From: Candidatus Poribacteria bacterium
GTDB lineage: Bacteria; Poribacteria; WGA-4E; WGA-3G
NCBI GenBank assembly: GCA_003635255.1
Contig: PYJC01000107.1
Span: 11,367-75,366 of the forward strand
Reading direction: 5' to 3'
Length of the DNA stretch: 64,000 nucleotides
Part shown: positions 1 through 9,365 of the stretch, piece after piece
Layout: each line of letters starts with the position of its first letter
Numbering within the stretch: position 1 is the first letter of the stretch
Position numbers and translations under genes: made by a program
The notes under the pieces: generated by a model
Seen by the model: only the letters and a program-made list of their open reading frames with translations
Told to the model about the DNA's origin: nothing
The model's database searches: none

Positions 1-1
1 G

Positions 2-1471
2 TGTGTCCACATTTGGTGAATACCCGGGCGGGAACTGATCACTCACGGAACGTCCATCTTGGAAGAGTTGTCCGGCATCTGGGTTCTCAGGTTCAACAGG
101 TGGCGGGAAGTCTCGCCATCTATTACCGTCAAGTGGGACTTCGTACCCGTCGTCTCGGAACCATTCAATCAAACGTTTTCGATAAGCATTCAGCGTCCTG
201 CCATATCCGGGATTACCGGCGAGACTCCGCTCGTCAAGTCTACCCGGCATCCGTCTGAAGAGCCACTCTTGCCGATCCGCAGCGGAGTAGATGTACTTGT
301 ATTCGTTTGTCAGGAGCATATAGAGTCCCGTCCCTTCGTGTCCGAGTTGACCAATGATGGCATCCCGTTGTGTATCTCCAGTGGCAACGTCCGCGAGGTC
401 CACACCGCTCCGGTCTGCTTGTAATGGTAACCCTGCTGCACCGAGACTTGTCGGTAGCACATCCACAAGGCTGGTAGGTGTATCGCACTGCGCGTTTGCC
501 TCGAAACGTTCAGGATAGCGGACAAGCAGTGGAATCCGAGCTGCTGCATCAAGAAATGAGCGTTTGCCGTAGCAGTCATAGTCGCCGAGTAACTCGCCGT
601 GATCGGAAGTATAAAGGATTAACGTGTTGTCCAATTCACCTTCCGATTCAAGGTAATCGAGGATTCGACCGACTTGATAATCAATGAAGGAGATGGCTGC
701 ATAGTAAGCGGCACGCATCGTCCGTAGGAGGTTCATATCCCGTCCTTGGTCGCGATATTTGTAACGATTTTGGTGTCGGTTCCAGTAGGTATATAGATGC
801 TCATAATCTGGTGGCAGGAAAGGTAACGGCATCTCGACGGTCCGATAGAGTCTGTTCCACGGTACAGGCGATTCAAAGGGTGGATGTGGTTTAATAAAAC
901 TGCTCCAACATAAAAAGGGACGATCCGTATCACGCTGTGAGAAGAATTCGAGTGTTCTATCGCCTACCCACTGCGTATGGTGTAGACGCGCGGGAAGTTG
1001 CGAGGGTTGCGGGATGTAATAGTATTCACTCCGCTCGCCGTGCGGTGCAACGACATGGTCGTAGCCGTTTTCAAGTAGAGAAGTCGTGAAGTCGTCAGGA
1101 CCGGGTCCTTCCTCGGAATAGTCGCGTGTCTCGAACCCCCACATTTTTCGGCTTTGCGGCGTGAAATGCATTTTGCCGATACCGTGTGTCTGATAGCCTG
1201 CCTCGTTTAGCAGCTCCATCACTGAGACGCGATCTTGGGGCATTGCGGAATTACTTGTGCATTCCGTCTCATGTACCCATTGTCCGAGCAGAAAACTACA
1301 ACGCGATGCCACACACACAGGGGACGGACAGTACGCTGAGGTAAAACTTGTGCCTTCTCGCACAATTCGATCTAATCCTGGGGTCTGAATCACCGGATTT
1401 CCGAGAGCACCGACGGTGTCAAAACGCTGCTGATCCGTCATAAGAAAAAGAATATTCGGTTGCTTTGCCAT
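2..1471 (-). CDS. Sulfatase (alkaline-phosphatase superfamily); C-terminal end runs off the window
   Basis: Not in the ORF track because there is no stop inside the window. My manual minus-strand translation from ATG 1471..1469 stays open to position 2: MAKQPNILFLMTDQQRFDTVGALGNPVIQTPGLDRIVREGTSFTSAYCPSPVCVASRCSFLLGQW...GIGKMHF...LILYTSDHGELLGDY. The DQQR metal site, the formylglycine-motif region (C-V-A-S-R) and SDHGE are sulfatase hallmarks. The short ORFs listed in 1..933 are shadows of this gene. Confidence 0.85.
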   Translation of the reverse strand, partial: MAKQPNILFLMTDQQRFDTVGALGNPVIQTPGLDRIVREGTSFTSAYCPSPVCVASRCSFLLGQWVHETECTSNSAMPQDRVSVMELLNEAGYQTHGIGKMHFTPQSRKMWGFETRDYSEEGPGPDDFTTSLLENGYDHVVAPHGERSEYYYIPQPSQLPARLHHTQWVGDRTLEFFSQRDTDRPFLCWSSFIKPHPPFESPVPWNRLYRTVEMPLPFLPPDYEHLYTYWNRHQNRYKYRDQGRDMNLLRTMRAAYYAAISFIDYQVGRILDYLESEGELDNTLILYTSDHGELLGDYDCYGKRSFLDAAARIPLLVRYPERFEANAQCDTPTSLVDVLPTSLGAAGLPLQADRSGVDLADVATGDTQRDAIIGQLGHEGTGLYMLLTNEYKYIYSAADRQEWLFRRMPGRLDERSLAGNPGYGRTLNAYRKRLIEWFRDDGYEVPLDGNRWRDFPPPVEPENPDAGQLFQDGRSVSDQFPPGYSPNVDT

Positions 1472-1726
1472 GAGGGTTCCGGTCCTTTCTTTTTTGTAAA
1501 CGTATGGGGACAGCATAGCACTTTTCCAAACGGAATGCAACTAATCTTTGAAGTTGGCAGTCAGCCATCAGCGGTCGGTGAAAGTCACGACCCGGAGTGC
1601 TTGGCAGTGAGAATCCTACGGCGAAAGACTCTATTTTCTTTGACATTTAATTGGAGGTATGGTATTATCTTCCTTGATTACTGACTCTAACAACTGATCG
1701 CTGCACACTGACAACTATACAAAAAG

Positions 1727-1924
1727 ATGCAAAAATGGTATGAAAACAAAACACTCTTGAACACCTTCATCGTTTTGATGTGTATCAGCTTCGTTGCTTA
1801 CTATTTCTTTCATTGGAAATGGGCACTGCCTTTAACGCTTTGTCTCGGCACAGCGATCATGGTGAGAGGTGTTGTAAAAATTACGATGCGGATGCGAAGT
1901 AGAAAAAGACACAGGGAGAAATAG
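1727..1924 (+). CDS. Small hypothetical membrane protein (65 aa, two hydrophobic segments, basic tail)
   Basis: ORF with an ATG start, divergent from the sulfatase. It has two predicted TM helices (LLNTFIVLMCISFVAYYFF, ALPLTLCLGTAIMV). I recognise no family. Confidence 0.35.
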   Translation: MQKWYENKTLLNTFIVLMCISFVAYYFFHWKWALPLTLCLGTAIMVRGVVKITMRMRSRKRHREK

Positions 1925-2073
1925 CAGTCAGCAGTCAGCAAAGAGGCAGACGGTATATTATAACTCGCTTTTCAGAAGCACACGCAGCTTGAAACGAAGT
2001 GGAAAGCGGATATACGGAGAAGGACCCGAAAGCCTCAAATCTAGCTGACCGAACCGCAAGGAAAGTAAAAAAT

Positions 2074-3066
2074 ATGAAAAGACGAAGGTTCATAAAACTG
2101 AGCGCGATTAGTGCTGCAGGAATGGTTTTCCCTATTCAACTTAACGGATACGCAGAAGTAGAGCCATTGCTGAAACCAAGTACTTTTGTAACCTCTAACG
2201 CCGATTTCTATATTTTACAGATTGGCGATCCTAAAGTGCTCGATGCGGCAAAGTGGCGGATGGCAATCACCGGTTTAATCGAGAAACAGATGTTGGTACT
2301 CCAGCTTGAAGACATTGTCGCGATGGAGTCTTTTGAAGTGACGCGCACCCTGAAATGTATCGGGGATCCGATCGGTACGGAACAGATGAGCAACGCGCAT
2401 TGGAAAGGCGTTCGGCTTCGCGATCTGCTTGAGAAAGTTGGACCCAAACCCGAAGCGAAAGTCGTTGTATTTCTTTGTGCGGACGGTTACCATACAGCGA
2501 TTCCGCTGGAAGACGCGATGCGTGAAGAGACGCTTCTCGCTTACGAAATGAACGGTGTTCCTCTCCCGACTGAGCACGGCTTCCCAATCCGACTGCTTAA
2601 TCCAGGTCACTACGGCACGAAAAACCCGAAATGGATAGTGAACATCCAACTGGCGGAAGCACATGAAAGTTATTGGGAGAAACAGGGTTGGGATCCGATT
2701 GCGAATGTGAAGCTCGGCACGATGATTGGGACCCCGAGCGAGGGTGAGGAAATCACTGGCGGCAAGATTTACACGGTAAGTGGTGCGGCTTTCGATGCGG
2801 GACATCACGGCGGTATCAAGAAGGTAGAAGTCAGCGTAGATTACGGTCAGACGTGGCAAGAGGCAGAAATATGGGCAAAGGACACGCCGCTCGCATGGGT
2901 GCTCTGGAAGTGGGATTGGCAGGTCCCTGAAGAAGCAAATCCGGTCGAAATTTATGCGAGAGCCACTGCGAATAGCGGTGTCACACAAGACGAAATCGGT
3001 CTCGAAGTGGAACCGGTTGCTGCAATCCCTTACCACATGATTGATGCAGCGATTGTAGAACCGTAA
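2074..3066 (+). CDS. Tat-exported molybdopterin-dependent oxidoreductase (sulfite-oxidase / MsrP-YedY-like fold)
   Basis: Twin-arginine signal MKRRRFIKLSAISAAGMV at the internal ATG 2074; the track start at 1999 is a GTG extension. The core reads ...HWKGVRLRDLL...ADGYHTAIPLEDA...LLAYEMNGVPLPTEHGFPIRLLNPGHYGTKNPKWIV..., typical of the Mo-binding domain, followed by an Ig-like C-terminal domain. Confidence 0.8.
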   Translation: MKRRRFIKLSAISAAGMVFPIQLNGYAEVEPLLKPSTFVTSNADFYILQIGDPKVLDAAKWRMAITGLIEKQMLVLQLEDIVAMESFEVTRTLKCIGDPIGTEQMSNAHWKGVRLRDLLEKVGPKPEAKVVVFLCADGYHTAIPLEDAMREETLLAYEMNGVPLPTEHGFPIRLLNPGHYGTKNPKWIVNIQLAEAHESYWEKQGWDPIANVKLGTMIGTPSEGEEITGGKIYTVSGAAFDAGHHGGIKKVEVSVDYGQTWQEAEIWAKDTPLAWVLWKWDWQVPEEANPVEIYARATANSGVTQDEIGLEVEPVAAIPYHMIDAAIVEP

Positions 3067-3089
3067 CATCCGGTGCGGAACGATAAAAT

Positions 3090-4328
3090 ATGCGCCAACT
3101 TTTGTCCAGCAAGTTTTGGCTCGCGAGTATCGCGAAAATAGGTCAACTTTCTACTGTTTATCTTCCGGTCCTGTTACTCGATTTCGCTTATAGCAGCATC
3201 TTAACCAATACCTCCTTTTATACGAGTTATCTCGGACTCTCCTCGACTTTTTTAGGCGTCCTGATGGGGGTCACGACTGCCTTCTTCGTTGTACTTGCGA
3301 TCCCGTTCGGACGCCTCTCGGATCGGATAGAACGGCGATATATACTTTACGCCGCGTGTCTGGTCCTGGGTGCTGTCAGTATTGGTCTTCCGCGTTGTCG
3401 CAATAGCATGCACCTCATGCTGATCTTCCCTGGCATCGGTATCAGTATGGCACTCTTCTGGCCCGCCTACGAGGCATGGCTCGCCGAACGCGAAGGCGGC
3501 GGTAAACTCATCCAGCGGGTTATGCTTTTCAACCTGTTCTGGAGCATTGGTATCACTTTAGGACCGGCGTTTTCAAGTTACCTATATGGCGACGCAAACC
3601 CATTTAAACCGTTCTATCTTGCCGGTGCAATGGTTCTACTGACTTTAGGAACAATTATAGCGAACAATTGGCAGACCTCTGATGTTCCAAAAACCGATAC
3701 CTCCTCCGAAATCACTGAAGAACCCACCGAAACACTCTATCCACCGCAACCTGTACGTATTAACTATCTCAATATAGCACGGTGTGCGAACTTTACTTCA
3801 TGGTTCACGTTAGGCGTGTTGCGCCGTCTCGCGCCGAAACTCACAAAAGAGATGGGGATGGTTCCCTCAACATTCGGCAATCTAATGCTCACACTTGGTG
3901 GCATACAGACGTTGGCGTTTCTTGTCCTCGGCACCGGTTACTCAACCCGATGGCACTACCGTTTCAGTCCGATGTTAATCGTTCAAATGTTGGCAATCCT
4001 CAGTTTCCTTGGAATATGGCGACTTCAACACACACTCCTCTGGACCTTCGCGTTTGGAGTCATTGGCGTGTCTGCCGCTTTTACCTATTTTAGCAGCCTT
4101 TACTACGGATTGGATCGTCACACAGACAAAGGGAATAAGAGCGGATGGCATGAAGGTATATTGGGATTAGGAATTCTGTTGGGACCGCTTTTAGGCGGCA
4201 TTTTAGCAGATTCGCGATTCGGCACACAGAGTCCGTATCTACTCTGCGCTGTGGCAATCGTTATCGCTATTCTGGTGGAGATATTGATCGTGTCTAAGAC
4301 CCCGCAACCGTCAGGAGATTCGCCTTGA
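3090..4328 (+). CDS. MFS transporter
   Basis: 412 aa with about 12 hydrophobic helices. MFS motif A-like FGRLSDRIERR lies after TM2, and a central hydrophilic loop splits the protein into two 6-TM halves. Confidence 0.85.
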   Translation: MRQLLSSKFWLASIAKIGQLSTVYLPVLLLDFAYSSILTNTSFYTSYLGLSSTFLGVLMGVTTAFFVVLAIPFGRLSDRIERRYILYAACLVLGAVSIGLPRCRNSMHLMLIFPGIGISMALFWPAYEAWLAEREGGGKLIQRVMLFNLFWSIGITLGPAFSSYLYGDANPFKPFYLAGAMVLLTLGTIIANNWQTSDVPKTDTSSEITEEPTETLYPPQPVRINYLNIARCANFTSWFTLGVLRRLAPKLTKEMGMVPSTFGNLMLTLGGIQTLAFLVLGTGYSTRWHYRFSPMLIVQMLAILSFLGIWRLQHTLLWTFAFGVIGVSAAFTYFSSLYYGLDRHTDKGNKSGWHEGILGLGILLGPLLGGILADSRFGTQSPYLLCAVAIVIAILVEILIVSKTPQPSGDSP

Positions 4329-5424
4329 TGTAATCTTCATCGGGTGTAACACCGAGCCCGGGACCGTCTGGAACCGTCACGACGTGGTCGTGTATTTCGA
4401 CACCGCTCACTGCCAACGTTTCTAAAAAGGCGGGGGCATTGAGTTCAGCGGGAAGAACAAGCTCCAAAGTCGCAAAGAGATGGACACTGGCGATGAATCC
4501 GATACCGGCTTCCGTCAAACCACTACCGAGGAGTTCTATTGAATTGGCTTCGGCGACGTGAATACTCTTGATACACTCCGCTAAGCCTCCAGATTTACAG
4601 ACCTTCAAAACGACGGCATCCGCACACGCCAAACGCACAACCTTCGCCAAATCGAAGTAGGTAAAGCACCCTTCATCAATAGCAATCGGAACCGATGCGT
4701 CTTCGCGAACCCGTTTCATGCCGAACCAGTCTTGGCTTGCTACGGGTTGTTCCATACAATAAATTTCTCGGATGTCCGCTACTCGTTTCAGTAATTCAAG
4801 TGCGTTAGACGGCGTATAGGACTGATTGGCATCAATCCAGAGTTGGGCATCTGGCATCGCTTCATGGACTGCGCGCAGGCGTTCTTCATCCGCTGCAGGA
4901 TTGCCCGCAACTTTCACCTTGAAACAGGAACAGGGTGCCAAGGCTTTCGCCTTCAGTCCCATTATTTCCGGCGTATCAATACTCAAGGCATAAGCGAGAG
5001 GGAGCGTGTCGTGGCGCTTCCCGCCGAAAAGGACGTGTAGTGGCACATCAAGGATGCGTCCACGTAGGTCGTGCAAAGCGATGTCTACTGCTGCTTTGGC
5101 GAAAGGGTGTCCGTTACTGACAGCGGGTTTCAATGCGTCATAGATTGCCTGGTGGATAGCGTTGTGGTTCAGTGGATCTTGTCCGAGCAGTAGCGGTGCA
5201 ATGTAGTGCCGAATTGTAGTCGTGATAGATTCAGTCGTCTCGTAACTCCACGAAGGGAGGGCGCGTTGTTCGCCCCAACCTACATAGCCGTCGTCTGTTG
5301 TGATCTTGACGAAAATATGGTCGCCTGCGGATCCCGTGTCTCCGACGAAACCGGTGCCGATATTAAAGACATCTTTCATCCCGACAGCAGTCGGATAAAC
5401 GTCCACGTGTGCTATTTTAGACAT
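4294..5424 (-). CDS. Enolase-superfamily enzyme (mandelate racemase / muconate lactonizing enzyme family; sugar-acid dehydratase or epimerase)
   Basis: Has the KVKVAG barrel strand and the metal-ligand triad contexts LWIDANQSY, CMEQPV and IAIDEGC. The likely start is ATG 5424 (MSKIAHVDVY...) rather than the GTG at 5484 used by the track. Confidence 0.85.
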   Translation of the reverse strand: MSKIAHVDVYPTAVGMKDVFNIGTGFVGDTGSAGDHIFVKITTDDGYVGWGEQRALPSWSYETTESITTTIRHYIAPLLLGQDPLNHNAIHQAIYDALKPAVSNGHPFAKAAVDIALHDLRGRILDVPLHVLFGGKRHDTLPLAYALSIDTPEIMGLKAKALAPCSCFKVKVAGNPAADEERLRAVHEAMPDAQLWIDANQSYTPSNALELLKRVADIREIYCMEQPVASQDWFGMKRVREDASVPIAIDEGCFTYFDLAKVVRLACADAVVLKVCKSGGLAECIKSIHVAEANSIELLGSGLTEAGIGFIASVHLFATLELVLPAELNAPAFLETLAVSGVEIHDHVVTVPDGPGLGVTPDEDYIKANLLTVAGS

Positions 5425-5573
5425 GTACGAATAGAGTCCCTTGTTATTATTTCCAAGTAGGAAGTTTCCTACGTATTTTAGCACGGTGCCCGCGAATTAA
5501 TCAAAACAATTTCCGTTGACATCTTCGGCGTTATAGACTATAGTAATAGGCATTATAGTTGCTGTTCGTTGTT

Positions 5574-5855
5574 ATGAGGAAACACGCAATGCTATTTGTT
5601 ATATTTGTGATTTTTATACCGATCGCCATTTGGTTGATTTTGTCTTTCATGTCTCGGCAGAAGAAGGGTGAAGAAACCGATGAACCCAAAGCACCGATAG
5701 AACTTTGCGCGATCTGCCAAGAAGAGTTTCCGATGAACCAGTTGCTTGAAAAAGAGGTCGGCGGATACGGTAGGGTCTACTGTTTCTGTGGAGAGTGTAT
5801 TGAAAATCTCTATCACGAATACCAGAACATAACAGACATCAAAACAGGAGAATGA
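5574..5855 (+). CDS. Small membrane-anchored Cys-rich (zinc-ribbon-like) protein
   Basis: One N-terminal TM helix, then CAIC...CFCGEC cysteine pairs. The stop overlaps the start of the next gene (ATGA at 5852-5855). The start is uncertain (5559 TTG, 5574 ATG or 5589 ATG). Confidence 0.4.
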   Translation: MRKHAMLFVIFVIFIPIAIWLILSFMSRQKKGEETDEPKAPIELCAICQEEFPMNQLLEKEVGGYGRVYCFCGECIENLYHEYQNITDIKTGE

Positions 5856-6904
5856 ACGCTATGTATGATTTAGTCACATTTGGAGAAGCGATGATTCGTC
5901 TGACTTCACCAGAATTTATGCGTCTTGAGAATACGACATCGCTGTCAATCACTGCTGGTGGTGCAGAGATGAACGTCGCTGTCAATGCCGCACAACTCGG
6001 ATTACAGACAGCATGGGTATCACGGCTCGTGGATAACTGGTCGGGTCGCTACATCCGCAATAAAGGGCGCGAACTCGGCGTGGATATGTCCAACATCATC
6101 TGGGTGGATTTCGACGGTGTCGGTTTTGAAAGGAACGGGTTTTATCACCTCGAAATGGGTGCGGGCCCGCGTGCGAGTAGTGTCACCTATGACCGTGGAT
6201 ACTCTGCAATCTCCAAAGTGCAACCCGGTGAGATCGATTGGGCATCTATTTTTAGCAATGCGCGATGGTTCCATCTGAGTGGGATTACACCGGCTTTGTC
6301 GGAATCCGCGGCTGCGGTCTCGGCAGAGGCACTCCAAGCGGCGCGCGCAGCGGGTGTTAAAACAAGTTACGATCTGAACTTCCGCTCCAAATTATGGAGT
6401 GCTGAAGAAGCACAAGCAGCGAACCGACCGATGATGGCGCATGTCTCTGTCCTTATCGGTAACGAGGAAGACTTTGAGAAATCGCTCGGTTTCGCGGCAG
6501 AAGGGACAACCGAATCCTATAGTAAACTCGAACCGGAGAGTTATAAGGCGGTTGCACAGCGCGTCAAAGACACTTTTCCGAATATCGAGATGATCGGCAC
6601 GACGTTACGTGATGCGAAAACGGGTTGGCTCAACGATTGGCGGACACTCCTGTTTGATGGTGAAGAATTCTATCTTTCACGTATCTACGAAGATTTGGAA
6701 CTCGTGGACCGAGTTGGGGGCGGTGATAGTTTCTCGTCAGGATTAATTTATAGTCTCTTGAACGGAAAATCACCGCAAGAAGCAGTAGACTTCGCGGGCG
6801 GGTATTCCGCTTTAGCACATACGTTCCCCGGTGATTTCAATTGGGCAACGGCAGAAGAGGCAGAAAAGGCGATGGAAGCGGGGGGCGTACGTATTAGTCG
6901 CTAA
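5852..6904 (+). CDS. PfkB-family sugar kinase (2-keto-3-deoxygluconate-kinase-like)
   Basis: N-terminal GGAEMNVA motif and C-terminal PfkB signature DRVGGGDSFSSGLIY. Its length and neighbours (enolase-superfamily enzyme, MFS) fit a KDG-kinase-type role. Confidence 0.85.
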   Translation: MNAMYDLVTFGEAMIRLTSPEFMRLENTTSLSITAGGAEMNVAVNAAQLGLQTAWVSRLVDNWSGRYIRNKGRELGVDMSNIIWVDFDGVGFERNGFYHLEMGAGPRASSVTYDRGYSAISKVQPGEIDWASIFSNARWFHLSGITPALSESAAAVSAEALQAARAAGVKTSYDLNFRSKLWSAEEAQAANRPMMAHVSVLIGNEEDFEKSLGFAAEGTTESYSKLEPESYKAVAQRVKDTFPNIEMIGTTLRDAKTGWLNDWRTLLFDGEEFYLSRIYEDLELVDRVGGGDSFSSGLIYSLLNGKSPQEAVDFAGGYSALAHTFPGDFNWATAEEAEKAMEAGGVRISR

Positions 6905-6916
6905 TCAGATAAAACT

Positions 6917-7924
6917 ATGACAAAGATTTTACTATCTCCTATTTTTGAGAACAGTGAGTTTGATACTGCGGAACGTCGAGCGGCGTTGGCAGATTTGCAG
7001 CAACTTGGTGAGTTGAGTATCCACCCTCGAGAACTGACAGCAGAACACGCTGATGGCGTTATCGGTATGATCGCAGGCGGCGTGCCCTTTCATGAAAGCT
7101 TCTACCAAGCCGCGACATCGCTCCGAATCATTGCGCGTTGGGGTGTGGGATATGAAACCGTTAACGTTGATTTGGCGACGGAGTTTGGTGTTATTGTTAC
7201 CATCGCCCCTGAACACATGGTAACTGTTGCTGAGTATGCGATTGCGCAGTGGTTCGCAACTATGAAGCGCGTCTATACGCTAAATAGCGCCTCTCATAGT
7301 GGGGATTTCGGGCTGATCAAGACCCATGAGGTGATGGGTTCTACGCTCGGTTTGTATGGCTTTGGTCGGATTGGACAAGAGGTTGCCCGCCGTGCACGAC
7401 CGCTTCTCGGTGAGGAAGGGAGGCTCTTGGTGTATGACATCCGTCCGGATATCGCTGAACTCGCCGCGGAATTTGGTGCAGAGGCTGTCGATACACCGTT
7501 GATTCTCTTCAAAGAGAGCGATACTGTATCTCTCCATTTATCGGGTGCGGATGCTGTCGTCGGTTATGAGGAACTCTGCGCGATGAAACCGCATGCGTCT
7601 CTCATCAATCCGTCGCGCGGAAACCTCGTTGACGATGCGGCAGCGAACCGCGCTGTTAGTGAAAACCGACTCTGGTATTATGTTGTAGACGATCCGGTTA
7701 ACGGACCGAGGGCGATTCACAAGGATCATCCGCGTATCATCTCTACGAATCATAATGCAGGCATGACTGTTGAATCCGGTATTCGGTTGGATCTTCGGAC
7801 AATTGAGCAGGTTACAGACGCGATTCAAGGACGTGCCCCGGCATATATTCTGAATCCAGAAGTGTTGGAGCATCCGAGAGTCAAAGCGTTTTGCAAGGAC
7901 ACTTCACAACCCCTTAAACTGTGA
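6917..7924 (+). CDS. D-isomer-specific 2-hydroxyacid dehydrogenase (NAD-binding)
   Basis: Rossmann motif GLYGFGRIGQEVARRA. Catalytic-region contexts NPSRGNLVD and STNHNAG match the R/E/H triad of this family. Confidence 0.85.
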   Translation: MTKILLSPIFENSEFDTAERRAALADLQQLGELSIHPRELTAEHADGVIGMIAGGVPFHESFYQAATSLRIIARWGVGYETVNVDLATEFGVIVTIAPEHMVTVAEYAIAQWFATMKRVYTLNSASHSGDFGLIKTHEVMGSTLGLYGFGRIGQEVARRARPLLGEEGRLLVYDIRPDIAELAAEFGAEAVDTPLILFKESDTVSLHLSGADAVVGYEELCAMKPHASLINPSRGNLVDDAAANRAVSENRLWYYVVDDPVNGPRAIHKDHPRIISTNHNAGMTVESGIRLDLRTIEQVTDAIQGRAPAYILNPEVLEHPRVKAFCKDTSQPLKL

Positions 7925-7926
7925 TT

Positions 7927-9048
7927 TCAATTTTTCTCAAGCAGAAACAGGAATTCTCGGTTCGGTTTCTCGGCTGCGTTTATCCACTCATGCGTCCAAC
8001 GCATACCTGCCATGACGTTTTTCTTATAATCAAGTTCAAGCACAGCAAGCAGTTTTCCGTTGTCTTGCATGACTTCGTTGAGTTGCTGTGCAGTCGCCCG
8101 ACCGCCGGAACTGTAGGATAGCAGAATCCAACGTGCTTGCGTTTTACGAATCAATTTTGCAATGGATTCAACAGCGATGAAACGTCCGTCATCGTTGCGG
8201 CGGAATTCCTCAAATACAGAAGCGGCGAGCGGATCTGATGTATCCTCTCGCCGTTTTGCTTTGCCGAAAAGGGTAGGTTTATCGAAGAGAATAACGCTTT
8301 TCCAGAGATGGTAGTAAGCGGCATATCTGACACGGGACGGAGGCATCTTCTCGTTGTTTGAACCGTAAGGTGGATCGAAGTATGCAAGGTCTACGGAGAC
8401 ACGCGGCACGAGTTCAAAGATGTCGCTTTGGTGAACCTGATGCTCTCCTTCTGACGTGAAAACTTCTGGTACTTCAAGCACTAAGTTTTTATAGGCACGC
8501 GGTGCCCATTCTTTGAGATACGCGGAAAAGTGCCCGAGGCTACTATCAACGCGATCAAGTGCAAGAATTAGACTTGTGAGTGCGACAGCCTTATCGACTG
8601 GATCGAGGTTGAGGGTTTCGATTTCCTGTCGAATCGCATCTAATTTACGCGTGTTATGGAGCTGCCACGGTTTCTTGAGTCCGTCTGCTTGGATTGCGCT
8701 GCCCGCGTTGGCGTATCCGCCGTAGTGTTCTGTGAACCAACCGTCAATAGGCGGCACGGCGTTGAGGTGATCAATGAGCGGTTGATATGTTTCCCTCGGT
8801 TTTGTGTTGAGCAGGTAGCAGGTGCCGAAGACTTCTGACCACGGGGCGATGTCGTTAGCGATAACGGTATAACCGAGTTTGGCGAGTGCTTGTGAGACGC
8901 GGGTTGTGCCTGCGAAGCCGTCAAGGATTGTCTTGGCGTTGACTTTTTTGACGAGTTCAATGACTTGTGGGATAAGTTTCAGCTTGGAGCCGATGTATTT
9001 GATGCCTTGTGTAGGAGGAGTATAGAAGTGTGGAAGCGTTTGTTGCAT
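7927..9048 (-). CDS. Site-specific DNA adenine methyltransferase (D12 class, N6-A)
   Basis: YIGSKLKLIP near the N-terminus, SAM motif FAGTTRVS, catalytic DPPYG (AYFDPPYGSNN). The motif order I...IV corresponds to alpha-type architecture. Confidence 0.85.
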   Translation of the reverse strand: MQQTLPHFYTPPTQGIKYIGSKLKLIPQVIELVKKVNAKTILDGFAGTTRVSQALAKLGYTVIANDIAPWSEVFGTCYLLNTKPRETYQPLIDHLNAVPPIDGWFTEHYGGYANAGSAIQADGLKKPWQLHNTRKLDAIRQEIETLNLDPVDKAVALTSLILALDRVDSSLGHFSAYLKEWAPRAYKNLVLEVPEVFTSEGEHQVHQSDIFELVPRVSVDLAYFDPPYGSNNEKMPPSRVRYAAYYHLWKSVILFDKPTLFGKAKRREDTSDPLAASVFEEFRRNDDGRFIAVESIAKLIRKTQARWILLSYSSGGRATAQQLNEVMQDNGKLLAVLELDYKKNVMAGMRWTHEWINAAEKPNREFLFLLEKN

Positions 9049-9103
9049 AGTTCATGTTCTGTTTCCACTTCAGAAGTCCATGCGCTAATTTTCACCAATA
9101 TCG

Positions 9104-9340
9104 CTAAGTAGTTTGAACATTGGCAAGCGGACATCCTTCAGCGAAATTAGCATCTAAAATTGTATTTTTGATGAAATCGATAGCATTGAGGATTTCAATC
9201 CCAATAAGTTCACCGTTCTCATTCAGTTCAGCTGTGATATTCGGACTCAACTCTAAACTGGCACTTTCAGATTCATCCGAAATCACAAGATGCAATATAT
9301 CTTCTTTCTCAAAATAGGTCATCTTTGGTTTATTCATCAA
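9104..9340 (-). CDS. DUF2283-like small protein
   Basis: 78 aa. YFEKEDILHLVISDE...GELIGIEILNA resembles the DUF2283 pattern, which is often the antitoxin-like partner of DUF4258. No DUF4258 gene is present here. Confidence 0.55.
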   Translation of the reverse strand: MMNKPKMTYFEKEDILHLVISDESESASLELSPNITAELNENGELIGIEILNAIDFIKNTILDANFAEGCPLANVQTT

Positions 9341-9365
9341 TTTTAGGATTGTCTTACCTTAAAAT

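Noticed and set aside
4294-4328. 35-nt convergent overlap of the MFS and enolase-superfamily genes as a sign of mis-assembly or antisense regulation
   Set aside because: Both reading frames are intact with family-typical C-termini. Short convergent overlaps are common and nothing else suggests an anomaly.
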